Below are positions 22,732-33,274 of a stretch of 33,274 nt of DNA, one piece after another (the stretch's first letter is position 1; each line of letters begins with the position of its first letter). The notes beneath the pieces are model-generated. The model was not told the DNA's origin. It was given only the letters and a program-made list of their open reading frames with translations, and ran no database searches. This DNA comes from Bigelowiella natans CCMP2755. Lineage: Eukaryota; Protista; Cercozoa. A program made the position numbers and the translations under genes. The stretch spans positions 1-33,274 of the forward strand of contig ADNK01001809.1 in assembly GCA_000320545.1 (NCBI GenBank). Reading direction: 5' to 3'.

Positions 22732-24524
22732 CACAAATAGTAAATTGCATATTGTTATCAAATTAAAGATTCGGTTCTCTGTAGGTCGTTCTTGAGGGTA
22801 TTACTAAATACACACCCACAAAGAAAATCAGCTTTCTCTCAACCAACAGGGTTTCTTATTGTTCCGATAATCGATGATATGCAGGGAAGAAGGTCTTAGC
22901 ACAAGCGGACTCTTCATCCTACCTGATATAATACAGCCAACGCTGTCTGTTAGGTAGAGGACATCGGACCCCGAGCTCAGAATCAACCTGTAATGCAATG
23001 ACCAACCCATCGTTACTTTCGAATCTTCAAACGAATTAGCAAAACCAGCCAATACGCGGAAGATGTGATAAACGTCAGGATATATTGAGAATCTGGCCAC
23101 TCAAATCGTTTCTTCCGATTAGCAAGCCCTGCTACCACAACGCGCACAGCTACTCTGCTGACGCCAAGGCAGATGCTGATGACTATGAATCTTTGCTTTC
23201 GATGGATTTGGAAACGAACAATGAATCTCCTCCACCCCATCATCACATTGCACACCGTATCAAGCTCTTCAACCAGGACGAGGTAATCACTATTTAGCAG
23301 GCGAAAAGAATACAAAAATATCATATTGTATATACTTATCATACGCGTGGGTTGTACATGCGAAGGCTGATAACATGCTGCTCGCTCTTAGAGCTTCTAT
23401 ACTATTTCACGCAAAGTTTTTGGGGGGAAATCAATGAATAAGCTTTCTCGTAAAAGTCGGTTGTAGGGAAGATATCCCACCATCTCTAGGCTGATAGTCC
23501 CCCTTAATAACCCCATTGATGCCGTTTGGAAGATTTATCTGCTCGGTGGTATGTTGTATTGCAGAGTAAGTTAGCGGAATTCAAACAATATTCAGTATAA
23601 TATATCTATATTTATATTTATATTTACATATATTCATTCATTAGTAATACTCATATTTTAAATGTGCGCCTATCAGCAGTCAAGTAGTGCGAAGAGGGCA
23701 CTTCTCACCGGGATGTACTCGTTTTGAAGGTGTGCCCTTTCATTGAATAGATTCTTGACGTTCTTTATAAATAGTGGGTATGCAAATCAATGTACGAGAG
23801 AAAGCAAACCGAGAGGTCACTCTTGGAAAAACAAAAAAGATTTTCCAATGATAATACTGACAGGTAGCAATAACGATAACGGCTCTTGGCTATCCTACAT
23901 GTACTTTCTTCATCATTCTTGCGCAAAGGCGACGACGATGACAATAGGTTTTGAAAGCCGCAATGTTGCGATGAAACATATCATTAAAACAACATAGACT
24001 CACGGAGTAGCTCCGTCATCAAAAGACATCGAATTCTATCTGATTCAGGTAGTTACCAAATGCTTGCTACTCACCTTTGGTAAATCATCCTCTCCCAAGT
24101 AGACAACTCGAGTGATCCCTTTGAATAGTTGTTAGAAACACTCTTAGGACGTTACGCGCCATTTATGACTCGCAGCGAGTCTAAATCTCCTTGGGTATGT
24201 TTTGTTTGACAAGTGCAGCTCATCGTTGCAAAACTGTCGTCGGTGGCATGTTTACACTAGGGAAAAAAGAAAGTCGTTGAACCGCCGCCCGGTCTGCATC
24301 TTCAAAAGTGAAAGTGCTTGCAGGGAGACTTCAAACATGAGGACAAAGTGCATTTTCTAGGTTCGCCCCGTGGAGGAATAGGAGGTGCGCAGTTGTTTTG
24401 TCGTGCTGTCTCGCCTCCAAACAATATCATCGTTTGAATTGAATGATTTCATCAATGTAACACCTGTTTCCCGTAAGAACTCAAAGTTCCGACGCGACGG
24501 CGGGGACCCCCAGAATAGCTGTGT

Positions 24525-24561
<37 letters not shown>

Positions 24562-25890
24562 TGTGTGTGTGTGTGTATGTGTGTGTGTTTGTGTGTTTGT
24601 GTGACATGCTATTCCTAATTGGGTGTCACCAATGCCTATGATGATGACAACGATGAGGATAATGACAATGATAATCATGATTATATGGCAAAGGAATCAT
24701 CAGCCGGGCGGTGTGCAATGCATTCTTCGCAGTTGTCTAACAACATTGTCCTCAACGATGTCCCAAAATCGAAGCGGCTCGATCGGAGCTCGGCATGAGC
24801 AGGCGTAGATATGATACTCTTCCAAGCTCGCTCCTATCCAAACAGGCACGCCATTCAACCTCAAACCAAAGTGCCGTCGTATATATGATTAAAGGCAAGG
24901 AGGGCATTGCAGTTCAGCGCATTGAAGGAAAAAAAAGAAAAAAAATCTTTCGATTGCGTCTATTTTTTTAGGGTCAAATCGGAGCAACGACGCTTGGAAG
25001 GTGTTGTCACATATGCTTATGGACGTGGACTTACCATGAGAGGAAAGATACTTTACAATTTCGATGTGACCACTGAACGCCGCCACAGCCATTGGCCCAA
25101 ACTCCCTTTTCGCCTGTGTAAGGAACCAGCAAATCCATCGTTCGAAATGGCACGAAGCTTTTCATTCTCCACAATGCGACAAAGACAACGGAAAGCTCTC
25201 ATTCGTCCGCTGGGATCACCATCAAAAGTGCCTCGGTTTTTGTCGGGGAAGTAATAGCAGACGACTTAACATTGAAAGGCAACTACTGGTTAAAAAGGAC
25301 GCTGCATTTCGAAAACGCGTATACTTCTGGAGAAAGCGCAATCCCCATCATCACCTTATGCACGACATCATACGCTCTCCGAAAGGCCCGCATCTTCCTC
25401 TTCCGCTGCTCGAATGCCGGCAGCATGCTCTTTGCCTTCGTAAATACAGCCAAAAAATACACACGACTCAAGCACGGATAGACCTGCATCGAAACTAATA
25501 CAACTCCAAGAAGAGAACACAATGATCAACAATATGAGGACCCGCTCTCTTGTGACCGACACTATCTCCGACGATGCAAAAACCCATCAATATAAATCCC
25601 AGGAGAGAAGAGAGTGAAGGCGGGGGGGGGAGGGGAGGGAGGAGGGGGCGTCTGCATGCAGAATTCATCGATATCAATGTGACATTGTAGGTCTTTGCAT
25701 CAAGGTGGTGCGTAAGTAGAGAAACAGCACATTGCTGATGATAGTATACTACCTTATCAGAAGCCATGTCAGATTCCGTAGGTAGGGACAAAGGCGTACG
25801 AGGGCTTGCAATTCCGAGTAGTTTTCCTGATTGTTTGTTTGTGATATTTTATCTTTAGCTTATATTTATCTCCAAAACATGCATTTATAT

Positions 25891-25927
<37 letters not shown>

Positions 25928-26300
25928 TGTATACATGTAGCGATTCTTTTTATTTTATATTTCTTATTGTATTTCATAACAATTTGCGAATTGTTCTTTG
26001 CATTGGCTGAATAACTAAAGGAGAAATGCAAAGCTTCCACATACCAGCAGCGTCAAACGAATCAAGTGCCTCGGAGAGCAAGCCTTTTTCCTCCGATTTG
26101 CGGCTTCCCATCACGCCGAGAATGTGTCCTTCTTCAGTATCGGAGAAGTTCAGGTCCTCCTCCCCGATAAGGAGCTCGGAGTTCTCCTAAGAATATGCGA
26201 AATTTTGGGACAGGGGAGCACCGACGAAACAGCGCCATTGTCTATATTCTATTTTGTTATTTTCCAGTGATGTGGTGGATGTGTTTTCAGCTAAGACAGG

Positions 26301-26341
<41 letters not shown>

Positions 26342-26998
26342 TGTTTATTTCGATTATTCTGATTTTTTCTGAGAAATGCTGCTATTTTATTATGACTTAC
26401 GCGTCGTACCTGATTGTCTGCTCCTATCGCTTGTTGGCTCAAGTGCCGCTGAACATCCCTCATCTTTCTTCTCTCCTCATCCACGTCAGAAGGAAGATAC
26501 GTTACGCTTTTTCCGAAGTCCGCGTTCGCTTCCTCGTGCAGGAACCTGTGGTACAAGCAAAGCGTGCATGCAAAGAGAGGAAGAAGAAGAAGAACGAGGA
26601 AAAGGGCACAAGACAAAGTAAACAACCTGCTCTCTTTGGAAAACAAAGGAGGCAAATTGAGGAGCCTTTTGGAATTATTGAGCTAAAAATTCGCCGGTGT
26701 TCCATGATATTATCTTGTTTATTTTTCTATTCTTCCCTCCTACTTTCCCAATATCTTCTCTCTCTCTCTCTCTCTATCGATCTATCTATCTATCTATCTC
26801 TTTCTCTCTCTCCCCCCCCCCCCCCCCGCCCACCCTTACTTTCTTCTCACTACTTCTCAAGCAGCAAAATTCCACCACCCGCCCCCTCCCCAACGCGCGT
26901 TGATTTTCTCACCGGACGCAGTCGATATGGCCTCCTTCGACTGCAAGCATTAAAGGCGTGTATCTGTTCGGTTAACACATTTCGGAAAAGTTAAAAAA

Positions 26999-27042
<44 letters not shown>

Positions 27043-27586
27043 TTTTTAATATATATGTAAATATACACAATGCGAAATTTCCTTTGCCTATATTATGGTT
27101 TTATCCTTCGCGTGGTATTGCTCGCACACGCGGCAGTTTGTGTGCGTATGGGCGATTTGGCCTTCAAATGAAACTCTGTGCCTTTCTACGCCTTCCCGTT
27201 CGATTCTCTCGGTAAGTGTTGTGGGAGGGGTGCGGGTGGGGGATGGGTGGTTGCGATGCATTTGAGGGAGGATGAATGGACAAGACTACCCAGACGTAGT
27301 TTCTGCGGTAATCAGTTGTTTCAACTGAAATAATAAAATATTGTGCGACACGAGATCGGGGGGGGGGGAGAGAGGGTAAAGTTCGTTACGTGAAAGCAAT
27401 GTGTACATCATTTTATTTCTTCTATTCACGTTTTACTTCTCGCAAATCGGCATTTGATGCGTATAAGTTATATGAGGAGAAGGCATTAATCAATAACATC
27501 GTTTTTCGAAGATTGTATGCAATTGTATTACTATCTCGTCGTCATGTGCTGCTCCACGAAACGAACCTGAAGAATCAGTATATACA

Positions 27587-27626
<40 letters not shown>

Positions 27627-27674
27627 TTTATTTTTTTCATTTTTAACACAAAGAAAGAAGCACTAACTCAAAAT

Positions 27675-27720
<46 letters not shown>

Positions 27721-28676
27721 CTCGCAATTTGTGCATCACAGCGTTCTGAAATGACAGCAAGCTATATGCAGTCCTCTAGAAAGACGTCCAAACACCACCA
27801 TATATCATTTGGAAATCAACGTTTCACCTAAATCCTCGTCTGTCCAACTTGGGAATCTTGCCCAAGAATTAGGATGGCAGATACCCACAATCACGTGCAG
27901 ATGTCCTGTGTTTCAAGGTTTTAGAGAATATCAGCATTTCCAAGGCGTGTCTCAGCGCGGTTGCTCTTTTGGGAGAGACCGGTGAGGATATCGATATACT
28001 TTCCAACTATTATTGGACAAAAGGGTAGGCATATTGCGTTTGTATGATTGCGTGTTTATGTGTGTGTGAGGGGGAGAGAGAGGAGAGAGAGGAGAGAGAG
28101 GAGAGAGAGAGAGAGAGACGTTGTGAATGTGTGTATGAATGCACATGTTTATTTTCCAGAACTCATGAAGGCAACTTCATCTTTTTATCATCACCATTCG
28201 ATGCCGCGTAGTGCAATGGCGCCCACCCGTCCTGCCATTGGATCATCAAAAGAACGCTCGGCTTATATGGCAAAACTACGGCGGCAAGTCAACGAATGCA
28301 CATTCTTCACGTTTTCCACAAAAACACACACACACACACTTTGAACCCAGAGCCTGAATAAATGAAATGCGTTGTGACATGTGCTTTCTCCCACCTCGTC
28401 CACGCTATTGACATTGGCATGATGATACAGCAGCAGCCCGACTGCTGATGCAAATCCCATCTACAGATGGGAGAAAGTAGTGTAACACGAAAACCATGCG
28501 CAAAATAGGCCCCAGTTAGTCGTTCTGCTATGAAGGTAAGATCACAACAACTACGGGGTCTATTCCTCGAAATTCTCACGCTTTGATAGAATCCGCTGGA
28601 AATGCAGAAAATCTGAAAAATCTCGTTCTTACATGCTCTTTGGTAAATACACAATTACCTACTACACGCGCGCGCG

Positions 28677-28736
<60 letters not shown>

Positions 28737-29066
28737 ATATAATTAATATATACACGCAAGCATCAACTCTTATGTTCAAAAAGACTCAAATCGCACACTA
28801 ATACATATCTGCAGGAAGTAAGTAAAGAATCGTATGATTTCCCTCAATGTGCTTAGATGCGAAACCTTAGCAGCAAGCATGAGCGGGGTTTGACCATAGT
28901 AATTTGGCCTGGAATCAAGACCGAAGATAACAGTGATGATGACGATGGGTGATATAATACTTCAGGATGAAAACCGTAGCTAGCTTCGGCGTCATGTGCG
29001 CGGATATCATCAAAATACATCGAATCGCTCTGTATCTCGCTTGATCAGTTTAAAGATAATATAATG

Positions 29067-29140
<74 letters not shown>
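12886..29140. repeat. Dense, mostly intronic microsatellites (TA)n, (GA/TC)n, (CA/TG)n, (CAA/CAG)n and poly-G/C
   Basis: Dozens of perfect runs, e.g. (GA)n ~17017-17125, ~18341-18420, ~19985-20090; (TA)n ~15173-15218; (CAA)n ~20670-20705; (TG)n ~24520-24603. Confidence 0.95.
13234..23300 (-). CDS. Highly fragmented multi-exon hypothetical protein; 3' part of the ankyrin gene or a separate tandem gene
   Basis: Chains of in-phase GT-AG exons: LALVCLEKLFDR...QLFKL|NDYFNKVVGRKLTDFE|DKFCAKLAGQ...|SSMLVASPGERRS (22650-21680); RVLEGKLRTHHHDNDFLFERFYED (~20660-20475); MAPSVLVHDELLSNDF...KRKE|ETMAFCQKRFDIER|EEALRTRIRK (18010-17545); YWKVQDRKQLSR|WKEALERIFKRLVFG...ESDEW|NEVIPSRPVQKVVRFLRAFRARMEERRTI* (last exon 13323-13234, followed by two more TGA). 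I recognise no domain. Confidence 0.6.
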
Positions 29141-30960
29141 TGTGTTGGTACGTGTGCAGGTATATAATAAGTCCGAGCAAAACGAAGGAAACACGGTGAT
29201 GGCGCATTGAACGAGCATAAATGACTATCATTCCTATACCGGTTTAACAGGTTTCCCGAAATCTTTTTTTCGCGAATGATCTCCTAACGAATAAAACAGC
29301 TCGCTTTTCTTTCTAAACGCCCCCTCGAAAATCGGCCTTGCTGGCTCTCTCGTGCGCGCACAAGCATATTTTAAGAATGAAAAATCGAAACGCCCTTTAC
29401 GTCCTTGCACAAGGACCGAAGACATATTGCTGAGTGAAAATCAACTGAATTTGCTCTCAAACCATGAGCCCCCCCTCCCTCCCCTCTCTCCCCTACCCAC
29501 CCACCTCTAGCAATCGGATGTTTCCGTATTCTACCGCAGCGATAACCAATGTGTTCCCATTCTATAAGCATATCAGAGTAAGAAAATCAGTAGGAGAAAC
29601 GAGTACGCTCTGGAGTGCCGTCGATTGTCTTAATGACGCAGCGACGATGCTGCCGGGGAATACACAGAAATACAAGGGCGTATTCTCCAGGAACACGCAG
29701 GTTGCCGTAGTTGCGAAAGCAACACGGAAACGATAATCATCGATGGAGGAAATGCGTTCAAATCGTAAGGTTTGCGGAGATGCCTACCCCTTTGCGATTA
29801 ATGAAATGAAAAGGCCTCCAATTACGCGCAAATACGTCGTTGATTGCTTGCTATGTAGGAGTCCAAAGCTACTACTACGTACAACCCACCGGCAACAGTG
29901 CGTCCATCGTCTTTTCACTCGAATCACGGATCATTTCAATGGTCTGCCCATCAAAAATGTCATCTCCAAAATGTCAGAGGAGGGCGGGGGAAATGGGGGG
30001 GGGGGGGGGGCGGAAGGAGTTTGTGAAGCAGCAATATTAGACCTTGTGAATCTCCATATAGTACAGCATCAACGTGCGGAGCTCCTTGACAAATGCCTTC
30101 CAATCTATCATGACCTCCCCCCCCCTCCTCGAAGGAGAGAGGCTGTTCGATGACAAGGGACTAGATTGGCTACGGCACATGCCGTCATCGTCTTCATCAT
30201 CGTTGTCTCTTGATGTCATCGGCGAATGCTTTGTGTCGTTTCCCGAGTGCTTTGTATCTCTAGCTGTGAAAAGCTTGCCCTTTTCCCTTCCACCGGTCGG
30301 GCTATGGGTAGCATTCAATACGTGCTTCGTATCGCTCTGGCCTCCACCTTCGATCTCTGATGCCACTCCGTTAGCACCACTATGGGGGGGGGGGGAGGCA
30401 AATCAGAAATATATGAGTGGAACTTATGATATATGGTTATTGTTACAGAAGCTCCGTCCAACACTCGGCGAGGGAAAATCAATATGGGATGTATTAATGT
30501 CTGTTGTTGACCTGTCTCCTCGTTCGATCTGGCCTTCTTCGGCGTATCCCACGCCGTCCTCCTCCTCTTCGGCATCGTGGCCTTCCTGCTCCTTCTTTAG
30601 AGGATACACTTCTGCCAACAACCAGGCATCGTTGGCGCGGCAGCCGGTGAGAATTGGAAGCTCCCTGTTATAATAATGAAAAGGTAATCGTGATCGATGA
30701 TGAAAGTGATGCTGCTAGACCCCCCCTACACTTCTCCTCAGTAATTTTACGTGAAGATTTTTGCCAGCTTGTTGCGGCTTAGCTCCTTGGAAAATTCCAG
30801 TTTCTCGAGGATTTCCGGCGCTGTGTTATTCAGTAATATTAGTGCCGGGCGGAGACTGCATCATGAAGGACGAGCGACGTGACCATAGGAGAGGATCTCC
30901 ATCCGGCGCTCGGCCTGGATATTGAAAATCCTCATTGTCTTTGGAGATATTTTCGGACAT
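24730..30960 (-). CDS. Multi-exon ankyrin-repeat protein (5' part; start near 30935-30960; may continue to 13234)
   Basis: Spliced ankyrin repeats: LLNR|PNYYGQTPLMLAAK (28908-28866)|MGFASAVGLLLYHHANVNSVDE (28460-28395)|DGWAPLHYAASN (28231-28195)|GHLHVI; YTPLMLAVEGGHIDCVR (26963-26913)|FLHEEANADF; GPMAVAAFSGHIEIVKYLSSH (25113-25035)|GASLEE. All junctions are GT-AG and phase-compatible. Confidence 0.85.
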
Positions 30961-31336
30961 CCCTCCTGGAAAAAGAACTGGAACTGCTTTATCAAAGGCG
31001 GTGGATTGTTTCTTCCAGCAATCCCTCCGCCCTCCTCCTCCATTGTCCTTTCGGGGGTTTATTCGAATTTTTGAAGTTCTACAGTCAAAACCGCCCCGCG
31101 ACACCGGGATTATTTATTAATTTTGTAAAATCAAGGCCATTTTATACTATTTTCTGCCAAATCCTCGCAGAAATGACTGTGTTCAGCGGGCTTGCAACTT
31201 GCAACGCCTACAACAGACAGCATCAGAACAGGATGAGAATACATCCCTGAAATATCTGTGGCATTCCCGCTGGAACATATGCAACATTTTTACAAACTTT
31301 TAGAACAAAATTCGACCCGAATACTTCCAATACTCA

Positions 31337-32026
31337 ATGGCTGCTCGGATCTGCGTCCAATGGCTGCGGAAGGCCTCCCCCTTGTATCGGCCGTGCCGAA
31401 AGCGTCTGTTCAGCACGGTGGGGAGGGATCCGCAGGAGGGTCATAGGCCTTTGAGCCCACTGCAAAAGGAACGAACGCTGATTATGGTGAAGCCTGACGG
31501 GGTTCAGAGAGGGCTCGTAGGCGAGGTCATATCCCGGTTTGAGCGGAAAGGCTTTAAGCTTTGTGGGGTCAAGATGGCAGCTCCGACACGCGCCCAGGCA
31601 GAAGCTCACTACGAAGAGCACAAGGGCAAGCCCTTCTTTCCTCGCCCGTGCCGGTTTCTCACCGGTGGCCCCGTTGTAGCCATGGTGTGGGAGGGGTTGG
31701 GGGTCGTCACAGTCTCCCGGAAGATGATCGGTCCGACGAATCCTGAGGATGCTGCTCCGGGCACAATACGCGGCGATTTCGCGGCGCATTTCCGAAGGAA
31801 CATCGTTCATGGCTCGGACTCGCCGGAGGCGGCTGCGAGGGAAATTGGCCAGTGGTTCTCAACGGAGGAGGTTGTGAGCTGGGGCGCGAGCGCATCGAAT
31901 TGGGTTTATGAGCTTCCAAACGCCCCGTGCCAATTTGAGCCTACTGACGGTGATGACACACACCATGGACATATGAATGGACTGCCTGGGGTCGAACACG
32001 AAGAGCTTCCCTTCCATAAGTCGTGA
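31337..32026 (+). CDS. NDK: Nucleoside diphosphate kinase (group I), probably mitochondrion-targeted, intronless
   Basis: Motifs ERTLIMVKPDGVQRGLVGEVISRFERKGFKL, HYEEHKGKPFF, GPVVAMVWEG, PGTIRGDF, catalytic RNIVHGSDS and WVYE. The N-terminal ~30 residues are Arg-rich with no acidic residues and include RKRLFST, typical of a mitochondrial presequence. Confidence 0.97.
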   Translation: MAARICVQWLRKASPLYRPCRKRLFSTVGRDPQEGHRPLSPLQKERTLIMVKPDGVQRGLVGEVISRFERKGFKLCGVKMAAPTRAQAEAHYEEHKGKPFFPRPCRFLTGGPVVAMVWEGLGVVTVSRKMIGPTNPEDAAPGTIRGDFAAHFRRNIVHGSDSPEAAAREIGQWFSTEEVVSWGASASNWVYELPNAPCQFEPTDGDDTHHGHMNGLPGVEHEELPFHKS

Positions 32027-32049
32027 CGACGCCTTTTGCATAGAACCGA

Positions 32050-33000
32050 GACGGAAAGCTCTAGCTCTTGTTAGTTCAATCACCGACCCAGGCTGCGTTC
32101 ATCACTGGATCGATTGTTCTAGCGTTGTTAGTATCTCTAGATCTAGGCATGTGCAGCATGCATAGCCAGTCCACTAGTCCAGATAGCATGCATGGTTTGT
32201 GCAAATTATTGCACCATGCCAGAGACGCATGCTCTGTGCGCACACAACACAAGTTTTGTCCATGAACAACAAGAAGCACACCCTCTCTCGCGCGGACAGC
32301 GACATGCTCTAGCTAGTGCTCTAGTGCTAGCCGTGTTCAGCATGGCGCGCTACTTGCAATTGCGCATTGTGGTCCGCTGTCAACTTCGCTAGTTTGCTAT
32401 GCATGCTAGTCTGGTAAGGCGATCAATAATGTATCGCGTCGCCTAATTTCTTCAAAATAAATGCAGCATAGCCCTACTGCTAAACTGACTCGATCCATGC
32501 TAGCATGACCGTGCTCATTTGACATTTGCCGCTTGCATTCATTGTTGTCCAGAAAACTAGAAAAGTCAAACCAACAGCTAATGCGTCATCTTCGATCTCA
32601 CCACGCGCCTTTGTGTTTTCGCGTGCAGAACCAAGAAGTTTGTTGAGAAGCCAGTGAATACGAGCAAGACGGGCTGCAATCCAGTACGTAGTCATGGCGT
32701 GAGAACGCAAGTGAAATGCGCCAATTAGTGCATGCTAGCATGCATGATGGTTGGGTCCATGTTTTCACGCATGCTAGCATGGCTAGATGGATTGATGGAT
32801 CTATGTGGTGGTGACGATTAGCATTCACTAATTTACTCATCATTCACGGACTGTTATCGCGCTCATGCTGCCACAGACAGGCATGCACGTGATCATGAAG
32901 GTCAGCACATCACCATCGCACCAACAGCATGCAAATGCACAGTAGCCATGCAGTCGCGAGAACTCACTCGCTCGAGGCGGCTTAACTAGTTAATTCCATG
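32050..33000. repeat. CTAG/CATG palindrome-rich non-coding tract 4 (downstream of NDK)
   Basis: About 18 CTAG by eye. CATGCTAGCATG at 32496-32507 and 32770-32781, and TGCATGCTAGCATGCA at 32729-32744. Confidence 0.85.
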
Positions 33001-33107
33001 TGCGAAACATGAAAATCACGACGATGGCGCAGGGACGGGGAGATGTTGTCGAGTTGTTTGCAGGCCAATGCTGTGGCTATGGGTTTGTACTCGTGCATGC
33101 TGTTTCT

Positions 33108-33168
33108 TCATGTTCTTCTCATAGCTCTTTGATGATTGCGTCTGTCATCGAGGTGTTGGTCCCAGTCC
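33108..33168 (-). CDS. Possible terminal exon of a minus-strand gene extending beyond the window
   Basis: Candidate acceptor tttacaAG at 33170/33169, preceded on the minus strand by a TC-rich intron-like tract (33237-33274). The reading frame is ambiguous (…SMTDAIIKEL* or …DWDQHLDDRRNHQRAMRRT*). Confidence 0.3.
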
Positions 33169-33274
33169 CTTGTAAATAAAAGACGCGCATGCATTATACA
33201 TACACACGGCAATGTACACATGGATTATGCGTGTTAAGAGAGAAAAGGAGAGAGACTGAGAAAGGGGGGAGAGA

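Noticed and set aside
23085-23297. Plus-strand exon-like ORF ending at GAG|GTAATC (possible nested gene)
   Set aside because: I found no partner plus-strand exons, and the flanking exons are on the minus strand. It remains unresolved without RNA-seq.
12833-29231. Many ORFs with YIYI, SLSL, THTH, CVCV or RERE runs
   Set aside because: Translations of microsatellites.
9634-32026. P2X plus NDK as a purinergic gene cluster
   Set aside because: They are 19 kb apart in a eukaryote, separated by unrelated exons, and the NDK has a mitochondrial-type presequence. The pairing is probably coincidental.

Overview
Eukaryotic nuclear DNA, with GT-AG introns packed with (TA)n, (GA)n and (CA)n microsatellites. 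A TerC homologue of the kind found in algal and plant plastids suggests an alga or protist; the lineage cannot be fixed from sequence alone. As far as I can model them, the genes alternate in strand: TerC (+), BIN4-like topoisomerase VI accessory protein (-), small spliced hypothetical (+), intronless 558-aa signal-anchor protein (-), P2X purinoceptor carrying a C-terminal EF-hand pair (+), a long multi-exon minus-strand region with ankyrin repeats (one or two genes), nucleoside diphosphate kinase (+), and probably the 3' end of another minus-strand gene. The best candidates for novel biology are: (1) a P2X ATP-gated channel fused to a calmodulin-like EF-hand lobe; (2) 0.8-0.9 kb tracts strongly enriched in CTAG/CATG palindromes (recurring CATGCTAGCATG), found only at tail-to-tail gene junctions; (3) a BIN4 homologue with a PIP-box-like N-terminus. 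All splice models and motif counts were done by eye and family calls rest on recalled motifs; no searches were run.
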